Under the pieces are notes generated by a model. That model worked only from the letters and a program-made list of their open reading frames with translations, ran no database searches and had not been told where the DNA came from. The position numbers and the translations under genes are program-made. From Basidiobolus meristosporus CBS 931.73 (Eukaryota > Fungi > Basidiobolomycota), in assembly GCA_002104905.1 (NCBI GenBank), contig MCFE01000141.1, positions 1 through 64,000 on the forward strand: a DNA stretch of 64,000 nucleotides, given 5' to 3'. Position 1 is the stretch's first letter. Every line of letters starts with the position of its first letter. This document shows positions 47,580 through 60,129 of the stretch, piece by piece.

Positions 47580-50454
47580 TATGTACCAGAAATAGCCAAG
47601 AACCTACCATCTGTAAGCAAGGCCACTGCAGAAGGACTCAGTTTCAGCTTTGACAATTCTGGATGCAAGATTACTGATCAAAATGGTGCCCATGTTGCTT
47701 TGGTATCAGAGATCAGAATCTATGCAAGTTGACTTACATTCCATCATATTTGAAAGCCAATATAAGTAACTTAAATGAAGAAAGACCAATGCTTTGGCAC
47801 AGGAGACTTGGGCACATCAATTTTGATTATTTGAGCAAAATGATCAAAGATCAGCTAATTTCTGGAGTAAAAGTTGATCCCCAGATAATTTGGAGTGCTG
47901 TGAGGCTTGCATATATGGGAAACAAGCCAGACAATCATTCAAGAGCTCTGGGTTAATCAAAACTGAGAAAAAATAGATCTAAATCACTCAGATCTGTGTG
48001 AACCTATGCAAAATTTATCCTTAGGCCAGATGATGTATTTAATCACCTTTATTGATGATTATGCAAGATACACATGGGTCCACTTCATGGAGAGAGAGGA
48101 AGAAGCTCTGTCTAAGCTCAGGGAGCTTAAAGCCATGGTGGAGATAGAAACTGGTGAAAAAATCAAGAAAATACGCTCTGACAATGGTGGAGAATATACC
48201 TCAAAACTCTTCATTCACTTATGCAAAATTCATGGGATAAAGCAAGAGACTACTGTACCATACTACCCACAGCAAAATGGAGTAGCAGAATGCGCTAACA
48301 GATCAACAATTGATATGGCATGATCTTTGATCCATGATCAAAAATTATCCTATGATTTTTGGGCAGAATCAGTGCCACTGCTGTATATCTTATAAATAGG
48401 AGTTGTAACTGAATACTTTGGGGTTCCACTCCATTTGAAGCATGGTATGGATACAGACAAAGTGCAGAACATCTAAAAGTATTTTGGTATACAGCATATG
48501 CCAAGAAACTGCCTGGAAATCAGTCAGGATTTGAGCCAAAAAGTGTAAAATGCATATTTTTGGGCTACTGCAATGGAAATAGGTCATACAGACTCTACAA
48601 TACCAAAGTAAAGAAGCTAATCAAGTCCAGGGATGTGTTGTTTGATGAAAATTCATAATTTTCTCAAAAACTGACATCAGATGATGACAAAAATCTGATC
48701 TCAAGTCCACCAATTGTCAGGATTGAATCAGAGCAAAACAATGGAAATTTTTTCCTCTCCAGCGGACTCTACAACCATGGTTCAGCCAGAATCAGTGCCC
48801 AGGTATATCCCAGAAGTGATCAGTCCAGTATCAAATGCCTGGAGATCCAATTGGACAAGAAATAGCCCAGATTACTATATCAATGAGGGTACAAACTTAG
48901 CCTATGCCTATTTAGTCCATATTGATGAACCCCAGACTGTAAAAGAGGCCCTAAATAGCCCTCAGACAGAGTTTTGGAGATCTGCAATGACTGAGAAATA
49001 TCAGGCCCTGATAAAAAATCAAACTTGGGACTCAGTCAAACTACCAATCAACCAAGAATCAATTGGATGCAGATGGGTCTTCAAGACAAAATACAAGGCT
49101 GATGGAACAACTGAAAGATACAAAGCAAGACTTGTGGCCAAAGGATACTCTCAACAAAAGGACTTGACTATACTGAGACCTTTGCACCAGTAGCCAAGTT
49201 TAATTCCATTATATTAATATTGGCTATTACAGCCAAATATAAGTTTTTTATTCATGAAATGGATGTAAAAACTGCATTTTTGAATTGAGAACCTAATGAG
49301 GATGTGTATTTAGACCAGCCTGATGGGTTTGCTGACCAAGATAACCCTCATTTGGTCTGTAAGCTTGAAAAGTCACTATATGGTCTCAAGCAACCACCAA
49401 GAGCCTGGAATTGCAAGATAGATTCTTATTTGGAATCTTTGAGTTTCAAAAGGAGTAATGCTGACTATAGTATATACTATAAGCCAGATAGAGCAAATCC
49501 AGCTCTATTAGCTCTATATGTGGATGATCTTGTTATAGTAACCAATACACTAGCAACATTAGAAGAGACTAACTACAGCCTATCTAAAGAGTTCAAGATG
49601 TCCAATCTAGGAGAACTCAGCTACTACTTAGGTATAAAGTTCTCCATAGACAGAAGTACCCAGACTATTACCCTAAGTCAATCCAAGTATATTCAAGATA
49701 TACTCAAGAAGTACCAAATGGAAGACTGTAAACCAGCAGCTGCCCAATGGTGACAAACCTTAACTTGGTCAATACTCAATCAAATCAAGAGAGCTTGGTG
49801 CCATCTGAAAGTTCTGACTTTCCTTATCAATCTATGATTTGCAGTTGGATGTATATGATGCTTGGAACATGTCTAGATATCTCATATTCAGTGGGAGTTG
49901 TCAGCCGGCATATTCAAAACTATGGATCTGATCATATTCCAGCAGTTAAGTGGATTTTTAGGTATCTAAAAGGAATTGCTGATATCTGCTTAAGATAAAC
50001 TTATAAGGATTCAGAACAGGATCTTTTGGGATACTCTGATGCTGATTGGGGACAAAATTGAGAAGACAGAAGATCCACCACAGGATGCACCTTTCTCTAC
50101 TGTAAAGGAGCAATTTCATGGAATTCAAGAAGCAACCAACCATAGCACTTTCTACCACAGAGGCAGAGCAAATGGCAGCCTGTGACCCCATAAAAGAAGC
50201 AATGTGGTTACAAAAGCATTTTACAGATTTAGGCCTATGTCACAAAATGCTTATTACTTTATTTCAAGAAAGTCAAGGATATATACAATTAGGTAGAAAT
50301 CCAACTTTTCATGCTAGAACCAAGCACATAAATATTAGACATCATTTCATACATTAAGCTATAGAGAATAACTTAGTTAGCTTAGGTTACTGTCCTACAG
50401 ATGAAATGATTGCAGACATATTTTCCAAACCATTAGCTAGAGACAAGTTTGAAT

Positions 50455-50665
50455 AGACTTGTTCAATCATTCCAGCTGATCATAGTGCCCAATAGTGCCA
50501 TAGCATGCCAGATTGTGCCAGATCATGCCACAGAGTGCCAGATGGCGCCATACAGTGCCAATTTGGGATCAAAATTGACATGCATATGACCCTAAAATAT
50601 CAGAGTAATAACAAAATATGCAGCACTCACTGGCACTATGATCAATGGCACAATCAAACAAGTCT
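50455..50665. mobile_element. 211-bp MITE, AAT TSD
   Basis: AGACTTG/CAAGTCT termini; AAT duplicated. Confidence 0.92.
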
Positions 50666-51068
50666 AATATCTTAGGTCAAAATTAGGACTAGTCAGTTTG
50701 AACATTCAGCTGAGTAGGAGTGTTGTCAACATTTGTAATTCCACCTGAATATTCACCTTACTTAGTCACTTAGATCATTATCTTCAAATCCTAGAGAATA
50801 CTGACCAAATTCCTTGTTGGGATTCACTCAGAATATCCTCACCAAGATACCAGGTACCCAGAACAAGAAAATTCTCAAAGTTGTCCAAACAGCTCCAAAC
50901 ATAATGCACATGTTCTTGGGACCTTCTTTAACCTATTCTACATGTTTTTTATGCCAAGACCATGCAAAAGTATAAATACTACTTTTACATTCAATAAATC
51001 ATAAAGGAAAACCACAAATTCTACTTATTCTCCCAATCACTTCCAATATCTGCAAGACACACACAACA

Positions 51069-51390
51069 TTTTAAGGAGTTGTATACCCATTTTGGTATAA
51101 CAGAGATCTATAATGTCAAGTAAACATAGGGTTTGATTGCATTTGAGAAATATGATGGAGGATCTGGGCTTGGATAGATGAGTAACATCAAGTTGGGTTA
51201 TGGTATTGGTGGCAAGGATTAGATGGCTGGAGGAGAGGAAGATTTTGGGAGGGGAGATTTTATGGACAAGCGTGGGGTTGTGGTGATAAAGGAATTCCTT
51301 GAGGAGGATGTAACTGATGAGGGTGTAAGGTTTGCACTCAAGATATTTGCTCTGGTAGTTGAGTTGGAGAGCTTTGTTGAGAACAGCTAG
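51069..51390 (-). pseudogene. MutS-family fragment, upstream half (domain II-III junction), MutS7-like
   Basis: LNYQSKYLECKPYTLISYILLKEFLYHHNPTLVHKISPP...HLILATNTITQLDV...LLDIIDLCYTKMGIQLL. Confidence 0.8.
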
Positions 51391-53229
51391 CAAATGACCA
51401 ACTAGTCACAACAGTAGGCATGATGCCTAATTACCCCAGCTGGCTAGGTAACTTGATTATACTCCAAGATGTTGTGGTCCTACCTGTTGCAGCCAGCAAC
51501 CTACCTATTGGCAAGAGTTGATTTATCCAACATAAGCTGCACAGACTCTACAGTGCATCTGAGCTCAGGTGGGATGCCAAGAGTATCCCACTGATTCTCA
51601 TCACCAATGAGACCAAGGCATGTAGCAGATGTGCAACAATTGAAAAGGTGAAACTGTCACAGTCTTTGATCATCACACAAAAGGTGATGAAAATACCACC
51701 TGCCTGTGAGATGGTGATCTCATTAGAGTTACCAGTAGTGTATTTGACAAGTGGAAGAATGAAAACTGCAATAAAGATATTTGACCATCTAAAGGGAATC
51801 TCAATCCCTATCTCAAGTATGGATAGCACCAAAATTTATGTGCAAAGCTTGAAATGCTTAGTGATAAACAATGGACAACATATAGTCATATTGCCTAGAG
51901 GTGTGCTGTTATCAAACATAGAGTATGTTCACAGGTACAAACAAGTACCACATACTAGTAAGGAGCCAGTTGCAGAGCTCCTCATACTGGATGTGGACCC
52001 TGGTGTAGTGGGTTCACAGTGACACCCACTGACAGATGTGCTCATTCCCCTATTTTTACTTCCTTACTTCTCTACTACCCTTATTTTAGTTTTATCCAAT
52101 TTGTCTTATTTGATCAGAGCAATCCTATAACCAGCTGACTATCACACCTGCTTACCTTACTGCATAAGTTATCCCTCACTTTACATAATATTACTAGAGG
52201 CAAGTGCTTCTATAATAGGCAGGTACCTACACCAGTACCCATGACACATGAGCAATTGGCCATATACCTGGGGTATTTCACCAAACCCACCTTGTCAATA
52301 AGTACCCTGTCAAGCAAAAAGCCTATAGGAACTCAAAATTGACATGGATTATATCCAAGAGACAATTGAGACTTTATCAAAGGACAACATTGTTACAGAG
52401 AGCCACTCTCTGTGGACCTCCCCCATTGCAATAGTTCCAAAGAAGGCGCAAAGCAATGTTTTTGCATTGACTACCAAAAACAGATTACTGTCACCTGGAA
52501 GAATGTGTATTCACTTCCACAAATAGACAACCATTTGAACATACTAGTTGAAGCCAAATATTTTAACTCTCTTGACTTAATCTCTGGGTAATGGCAGTTA
52601 GGAGTAGCCCTGGAAGATTGACCAAAACCACCTTCATCACATTGTTTGCATTATCTAAGTGAAAAAACTTCCCTTTGGCTTGTGCAATGCCTCCACTACA
52701 TTCCAAAGGCTGATTGTTTGGGCACAAGGAAACTTACAGTTGGAATGCACCCCTATGTATCTAGACAACATCACAATACATTCCCCGCATGTAGAAGAAC
52801 ATACGCACAATATGCAATGTGTCCTGATAGCCCTCCTCAAGAACCAACTAATAGTTCATCCTAAAAGTGCTACTTCTTGTATACAAAACTGTTGTTCTTG
52901 GGCCATAAAATCTTGGTCAATGAGATACACCCATCTACTTCACTACTGAGGCTCATTTAAGATACACCTACATCCAAGGATATCAATACAGTGACTGGAT
53001 TCCTAGCACTAGCTGGCTACTACTGACACTTTATCAAAAACTTTGCCACAATAGCAGCCCCCCTGTACAAATTTGATGCCAAAAGGCCAGTGTTTTATAT
53101 GGTTGGAGCCTCAAAAGAAAGCATTCAATCAGCTGAAACATTCCCTGACATCACCCCCATGTTACATTTTCCCAATTGGGATGTGCAGCTTTTTATTAAT
53201 TGTGATGGAAGCCTCACTGTTACAGCCGC

Positions 53230-54300
53230 TGTAGTGGGGTGACAGTGACACCCACTGACAGATGTGCTCATTCCCTTATTTTCTACTTCCCTATATCTCT
53301 ACCACACTTATTTCAGTTTTATCCCATTTGTCTTACCCAATCAGTACTATCCCATAAGCCAGTTGACTATCACACCTGCTTACCTTATTGCATAAGTTAC
53401 CCCTCACTTTATGTAAGATTACTAGCTATAAGTACTTCTATATTAGGCAAGTACCCGCGCCAGTACCTGTGACACATGATCAGCCCATGTCACCATCCCT
53501 ACCATTTCCATACCATATATGGTATCCCCATGTTACACAGGTTTCAGAATACTGATTCCTGATTGGTTGGATGTACTGTGCCTCTTAGAACCTTCCGGCA
53601 CCTACTTAGAACATTCTTAGGTCATTCTGATGTCATTAAGATTTCTATTGATCTCCGGAACCTTCTGGAACACCATGATTAGTAATCACTTAGCCAGTGA
53701 GAAAAGTATATAAGGGAGGCTATCCCTCAACAATAAATCATCATCCCTTTTATCAATATACCGACTTGTTGATTAGTGTGATCACTGCTACCTGCTGCTA
53801 CCTGAACTTCCAACCCTAGACCACAGGACACTCCCAGGAAACCGTGCTGACAGCCAACTGACCTTGGAGGCACTACTTGTGAGGAATACTCAGAGTAGGT
53901 ATCTGATATTATATTTGATACTTTCCCAAGTTTGTTCTTGTACAGGCAAAGATACTTTTCTGTCTTTGTAACTATTGACCACAGCTGCATTCTTATCAAG
54001 TCCCTGCTGGTGGAGTTTACAGTTGTTTTGACTTTGGAAGCTTTAGTACATTGTCATCTCAAAGGACGCTGAACCCAGCACATACTTTTGTTAAGACGCC
54101 AACTAAGTTGGGGATTGTAGCTCAATAGTTTTCCCTTGACAAGCTTGTGGCTTTATTCCCCTTCACATTAGATTAGAAACAGAACCCAAGTATTCCTAGC
54201 AAGCTTTTGCCAGAGGTTATTGCACCCAGTGAACACCCCACACACAAAACACTTGAAAAGTGTTGGACGTATCTCTCCCTTGGACCTATACACCACCACA
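53230..54300 (+). mobile_element. 1071-bp solo LTR, CCGC TSD
   Basis: Highly similar to 45852-46922; CCGC on both flanks. Confidence 0.93.
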
Positions 54301-54490
54301 CCGCCAAACTGGGAAAATACTACCAACCTGGCATTTTTCACCCAATTGGTTATGTGAGCCATCAGCTGCACAAACACAAGCATGACTATCCTGTTACTGC
54401 AATAGAATGTTTGGCTGTTGTTTGCTCAGATAAATAGTACCATATATACATATATGACTGCCAATTGACAATGGTAACAGACTACAGTGC

Positions 54491-55561
54491 TGTGGTGGTG
54501 TATAAGTCCAAGGGAGAGATACATCCAACACTTCTCAAGTGTTTTGTGTGTGGGGTGCTCACTGCATGCAATAACCTCTGGCAGAAGGTTGCTAGGAATA
54601 CTTAGGCTCTCTCTCTATTCTAATGTGATTGGGAATAAAGCCACAAGCTTGTCAAGGGAAAACTTTGGAGCTACAATCCCCAACTTACTTGGTGTTGTAA
54701 CAAAAGTATGTGCTAGTGTAAGCATCATTTGAGATGACAATGTGCTGAAGCTACCAAGGTCAAAACAACTGTAAACTCAACCAGCAAGGACTTGAAAAGA
54801 ATTCAGCTGTGGTCAACAGTTCTAAAGACAGAAAAGTATCTTTGCCTGTACCAGAGCAAACTTGGGAAAGAATCAAAGATGGTAAAAGATACCTACTCTG
54901 AGTATTCCTCACAAGTAGTGCCTCCAAGGTCAGTTGGATGTCAGCACAGTTTCCTGGGAGTGTCCCGTGATCTGGGGTTGGAAGTTACGGTAGCAAACAG
55001 TAGCAGTGATCATGCTAAACAACAAGTTGGTATATTGATAAAAGGGATGATCATTTATTGTTGACAGATTGCCTCCCTTATATTCTTTTCTTACGGGCCA
55101 AGTGATTACTAATCATAGTGCTCCAGAAGGTTCTGGAGATCAAGAGAAATCTTAATGACTTTAGAATGAGCTAAGAGTGTTCTAAGTAGGTACCTGAAGG
55201 TTCTACAAGGCACAGCACATCCAACCAATCAGGAATCAGTACTCTGAAACCTGTGTAACATAGGGATACCATTTATGGTTTGGCAATGGTACGGATGGTG
55301 ACACAGGTTGATCATGTGTAACAGGTACTGGCGCGGGTACCTGCCTAATATGGAACTACTTACAGCTAGTAATCTTACATTGAGAGAGGGTTATTTTATG
55401 GAATAAGGTAAGCAGGTGTGATAGTCAACCAGTCTATGAGATAGTGCTGATCAGGTAGGACAAATGCAATAAAACTAAAATAAGTGTAGTAGAAAAATAG
55501 GGAAGTAGAAAATATGAGAATGAGCACATCCATCAGTGGGTGTCACTGTGACCTCACTACA
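54491..55561 (-). mobile_element. 1071-bp solo LTR, inverted, GTGC TSD
   Basis: Reverse complement of the family; GTGC on both flanks. Confidence 0.92.
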
Positions 55562-56431
55562 GTGCAATAGTCTGGCTGATGAAAACAAAAGACTTTACTG
55601 GCCAACTAGCATGTGGTGCCCTCCAACTACAAGAATACAACTTTGAAAAAAATTACTGAGCTGGCAAGAAACACCATAATGCAGACTTCTTTAGTTGCTA
55701 TCCTGTTTGCCAAATATGCATTTGTGATGATTATGAGGATGTAATCTGCTTTAGGAGAAGGGGGAAGTATCCCATGATGTTGTTACAAAAAAACAGAAGA
55801 TGGAATTTTGAAGGTAATGGTGTCAGTACAAAGTACCAGAAAAACAACTATGATTCCTCCAAGGACAGTTCAGAGGCAAGGTACCCCCACTAGCTGTCTA
55901 CAAAGAAATCATATGAGAAAGATATATGGCAATAGAACATGCTAGCCCCATTGTGACATATAAGATGCTAAGCAAGATGCTTTATTGGAAAAAGATGTTG
56001 ACCAATATCACAAATATGTTACAAAGATGCACCACCTGCCAAGAATTTAGCCAGAGTTGCAAGATAGGGACAACCACACCAGTACCAGTTGACCTACCCT
56101 TCCACCAAGTAGGGATTAGCTTTGTTAGTGTTGCAAGTCTTGATATCTGAGTTGAAGGGGAATAGAGAATTTAGCTAGTATTGTGTTCACCAAAGCTTGA
56201 GCAGCCTTTAATTGAGGTTCCAGCAGCTCCTTATAATCATTTTGCCAGATTAATTGCTGACTAATTCTATTTCCTAATGTAGGTTGTGGCTGATGACTCA
56301 TTTGATTGTACCATCATCACCCAGTTAGGTACTACTCAATATATCCATTTCTGTTGGATAAGGATCTGCTGACTCATCAGTTAACTAATACTAATGATCT
56401 GATAGATAACACTGATATAATGAGTGACTAA

Positions 56432-57134
56432 AGACTTGTTCTGTTGGATGGCGCCACATTGAGCCATGAGTGCCAAATGATGCCATAGAGTGCCAGAGAG
56501 GCCAAGTGAGCCTACACCTGCTTGCAAAGTGTGAAACATTGCTCTGCATCTTCATGCAAAGCCACCCCTGTGTTTCACCCATTGTGATGGAGAAAATCCA
56601 TTTTTTGACCTTTTTTTTTAGGTCAGTGTTGTGCAAGACATCTAAGAGCACAAAAGGATTGAAGACATGCATCAGGTACTTGATACCCATGGCACTCTGA
56701 ATCTAGCTCCTGTGGCTTGTAACATGTCACAAACATGCATGGCACTATATTCAGTTATTAGCCCTAAAGTAAGATATATACAAAGCACTTATAGTGCCAG
56801 ATAGTACCAGTGGATCAAGATAGTGCCATGCATTTTTGTGACATGATACAAGTTACAGGAGAAAGATACAGAGTGCCATAGGTATTGAGTACCAGATGCA
56901 TGTCTTCAATCCCTTTGTGCTCTTACACATCCTACTCAACATTGATCCCAAAAAAGGTCAAAAAATGGATTTTCTCCAGCACAATGGGTGAAGCTCAGGG
57001 ACCATTTTGCAGGAAGATGAAGAGCTATGTTTCACACTTTGTGACCAAGTTTAGGTCTGCTCTGCCTCTCTGGCATGCAATGGCACTATTTGGCACTCAT
57101 GGCTCAATGTTGCACTATCCAATGGAACAAGTCT
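56432..57134. mobile_element. 703-bp foldback element, TAA TSD
   Basis: Same termini and arms as 44453; TAA duplicated. Confidence 0.92.
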
Positions 57135-58029
57135 TAAAGATAAATGATTTGATCAAAAACTGATTTAACTTGAAAATTCCAGCAGTAGGTCATAACATTG
57201 ACCCCTTTGTGAAAACACAGAAAGGAGAACTATACATGATAACTGCTACCAATATTTCTCAGAGTGGTAAAAGCCCAAGCCATGCAAAATAAAGATCAGA
57301 AGTTACCTCACAGTTTATTCAAGAACACCTCATCTACCAATACAGATATCCTCAGGTACTCCTGCTTAACAATGGTGGCTCCTTCATGAACAGCACTGAT
57401 GTCCACCTGCTTGAAATGATGGGTGTGAAACAGGTCTTCATGGCCATATATTACCCCCAGACTAAGGGATTAACCTAGAGGATGAGCCAAATGTGTTGCC
57501 ACATACTAGAGAAGCTTTACTGGGAATGTTTCTAGTAATAAGCCAAGCTGCTCCCACACACACTCCCAGCAATGCAAACCATACCAAATAAAACAAAAAG
57601 TTCCTCCGTGTATGAAACCTTGCATAGACAAGGACCCAAGTGGTGTGAAGAAGCTGGATTGGCAATGGAAGGTATCACCTGATAACACATAGGAATTATA
57701 TAGAAAAGCTGATACATTGTATTGTCCACCTAATCATAAAGTATTTGGAAATGCTGACAACCACCCTCCCTCTCCACCCAAAATTAGAAACTGACAAGAC
57801 AAAAGTGGAAACTAGGCAATAGTGTGTGGTATGACCAAACCTTTGTAGGACTCAAGTTTTACCCACAAACTATACCCCAATGGATTTGTCCTTGCACTGT
57901 TATCAATTTGGACCACTGACAAAAGTACATTTTTACCCTGGACAATAAGACAATCAGCAATGCAGTGCCAGTCCATCTGGAGCCATTTCATCACCAAGGT
58001 CATAGTGTGTTGAGACAAGTACCAGAACA

Positions 58030-58587
58030 ATGATAGAGGAAGGCACAGGGTACATACAAAGCTTATTAGAGGAGATTTCAGTCAATATATATACAAATGA
58101 TTTGTGTAAGGGAGTTTGCCAATGAATGCATATTGAATATTCCAAAAGAAACAGTTCACCCAAAACTGGCAATGCCCCACCTACCAGCCAGTACCAAGAC
58201 AATATTGAAAGCAAGACCAACCTGCAAGTGTTGAGAGATATTATACAAGCATTACATGCAACAAGAGCTACCTATGAAGTGATATTTGCGCAAGTAGTCA
58301 CATCTATACAAGACACAATCAGAGAGCTACAAGACATATTACTCACATTAATACAGAATACAAAGATATTACACAACAAGACAGTATACCCCCTGACAGG
58401 AGGTACCTTGATCAACAAGGATAACAATGCTGCATTGACTCCTATGGCTGTACTGGACACAGTCAAACATAAGATGCAAGTAATCAACTGTTGCACCCTC
58501 AAATGGCCTCAAGAGCCCCTGTGTTATGTTGCATACTTACCATTGTTAGGCACCATGGTTGTTGAGGAATATGCAGAACTAGTATAA
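58030..58587 (+). pseudogene. Extra ORF directly after Gypsy integrase (possible ORF3/env-like); one internal TGA
   Basis: ATGA start/stop overlap with pol; long amphipathic helix; Cys residues. Confidence 0.4.
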
Positions 58588-60129
58588 GCCTCAAAGGCAC
58601 CAGAGTAAAACTTCTAATCAAAGTGCTCCTATAAGAAGTCCGCAAACATCTTGATATGCAGTTCCATGAACAAACCATCCTAGAGAATATATGAGGATGC
58701 AATGAATATGCTGGCAGCTGACCCACTCAAATCACCAAGCTGCTGTGTTGCAACCATTACAGTGGCTGACCATAAGACAACTCAGGAGCTTGTAAAGTAC
58801 AACTCCAAGAAACCAAAGAAACTGCTGCAGACTATGTAGAAGCCATGAGGTAAGTACAAAAACTCCACAGTTGCACCACAGTCATACAGGAGCACTACAG
58901 TATGTCTCAGAAGAAGCAAAAACTTGTTATTGACAATGGATGACTGCCAAGCATATGCATGCCCTCTACAAAATAGCCCACACCATCCTGTTGACTACAA
59001 CAAGGACAAGAACCAATGTTGTATCCATGAGAAATATGTAATAAAACTCTTGAATGAGTTAACTGCACCTAAGTGACAACTAAGTGCAGAATCTCAGAAT
59101 TGTCAAGAGTGACACAAATATTAGCAGAGCGGTTGTGGTCTAATATTGGTCTTGTGTATAGATGAGTTGGGCTATGAAGGCAACAGAGTTGGGTTGCTAT
59201 GCAGGCTAGGCTTGGTGTTCTTAGGAGTGTTGGATATGCTAGTCATGGGTAGAAACTAGAATGGAATTGTTGAATTCCTGATATTGCTGAGATAAAATCA
59301 TAAATTTTGTTGAGTCACACACTAAACCAAAGGTTCAGTAAGCTTTACTTGTACTTTTCTGATCAAGTTGAATTAGTAATTGCCAAGAGACTGGACTCAT
59401 TGAAATCTTTTGAGGTGTTGATAGGTGCATAAAATAAATGAAATTTGCAGCATTAATCAGCTGATGCTGTGGCAACTGCTAAGTGGCAAGATAAATCTAA
59501 GATGACCAATCACTTGGAAAGGCTTAGCAGATCAGTTGAGGAGGTAATGACCACATGAAAATTGCTCAGGTGTGACAGCTAAAATTGATTCTGAGAAGAA
59601 ATAAAATAAACCATAACAGAGTTTAATTATGTTTGGGTTAGGGAAAATCAGTTAGGGTACTAGATTTCTTAACAACATGAAATTGGCTAAATTTTAAGTG
59701 TTGATGCACAACACCCAAAGATGTTGGCAAGATAGAAAAGCAAGACTTTATTCTTTTATTGCATCTCTTCTTGTTTGTTGATCCCCCAAGGAGCCCACCC
59801 ATAGTCCTGCCCAAAGTCCCCAGAGCATCCTCCCTATGATTCCCTTGCACTTCCTTCCTTCTATCCCTGCCCTTACCTAATTGAGACACTTACCATAACA
59901 GGAAGATGTTCACACCCCTATTTACAACACACTTTCAATTGCCCAAGCCCCTCCCTGTAAGATATATATATATCTGATTTAATCAAAATTGTGAGAAGGG
60001 TTTTTCTATGGATGTAGTTAGCACAAGTATTCACTTACTTACTGCCTTCTATTGAGAGCTACTCTGAGCCAGCTGGTGCTGACTTGACCTACAAGCTCTC
60101 CCAACTAACAAGAAGTATTGAACTGCTAC

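Larger units (their letters stand above)
44153..51068 (+). mobile_element. Full-length but dead Ty1/Copia element C; 348-bp LTRs (44153-45237 including a foldback insertion; 50721-51068); TTTTA TSD
   Basis: TSD on both sides; PBS; IN FIDDYARYTWV and SDNGGEY; RT RYKARLVAKGYSQ and LYVDDL; RH KHINIRHHF. Confidence 0.95.
51550..58033 (+). mobile_element. Ty3/Gypsy pol relic (linker, partial LTR 52004-52255, RT, RNase H, integrase with GPF/Y-type tail), heavily interrupted
   Basis: WTSPIAIVPKK, LPFGLCNA, YLDN (decayed YLDD), CTTCQ, NNGGSF, SVWY...PQWICPCTV. Confidence 0.85.
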
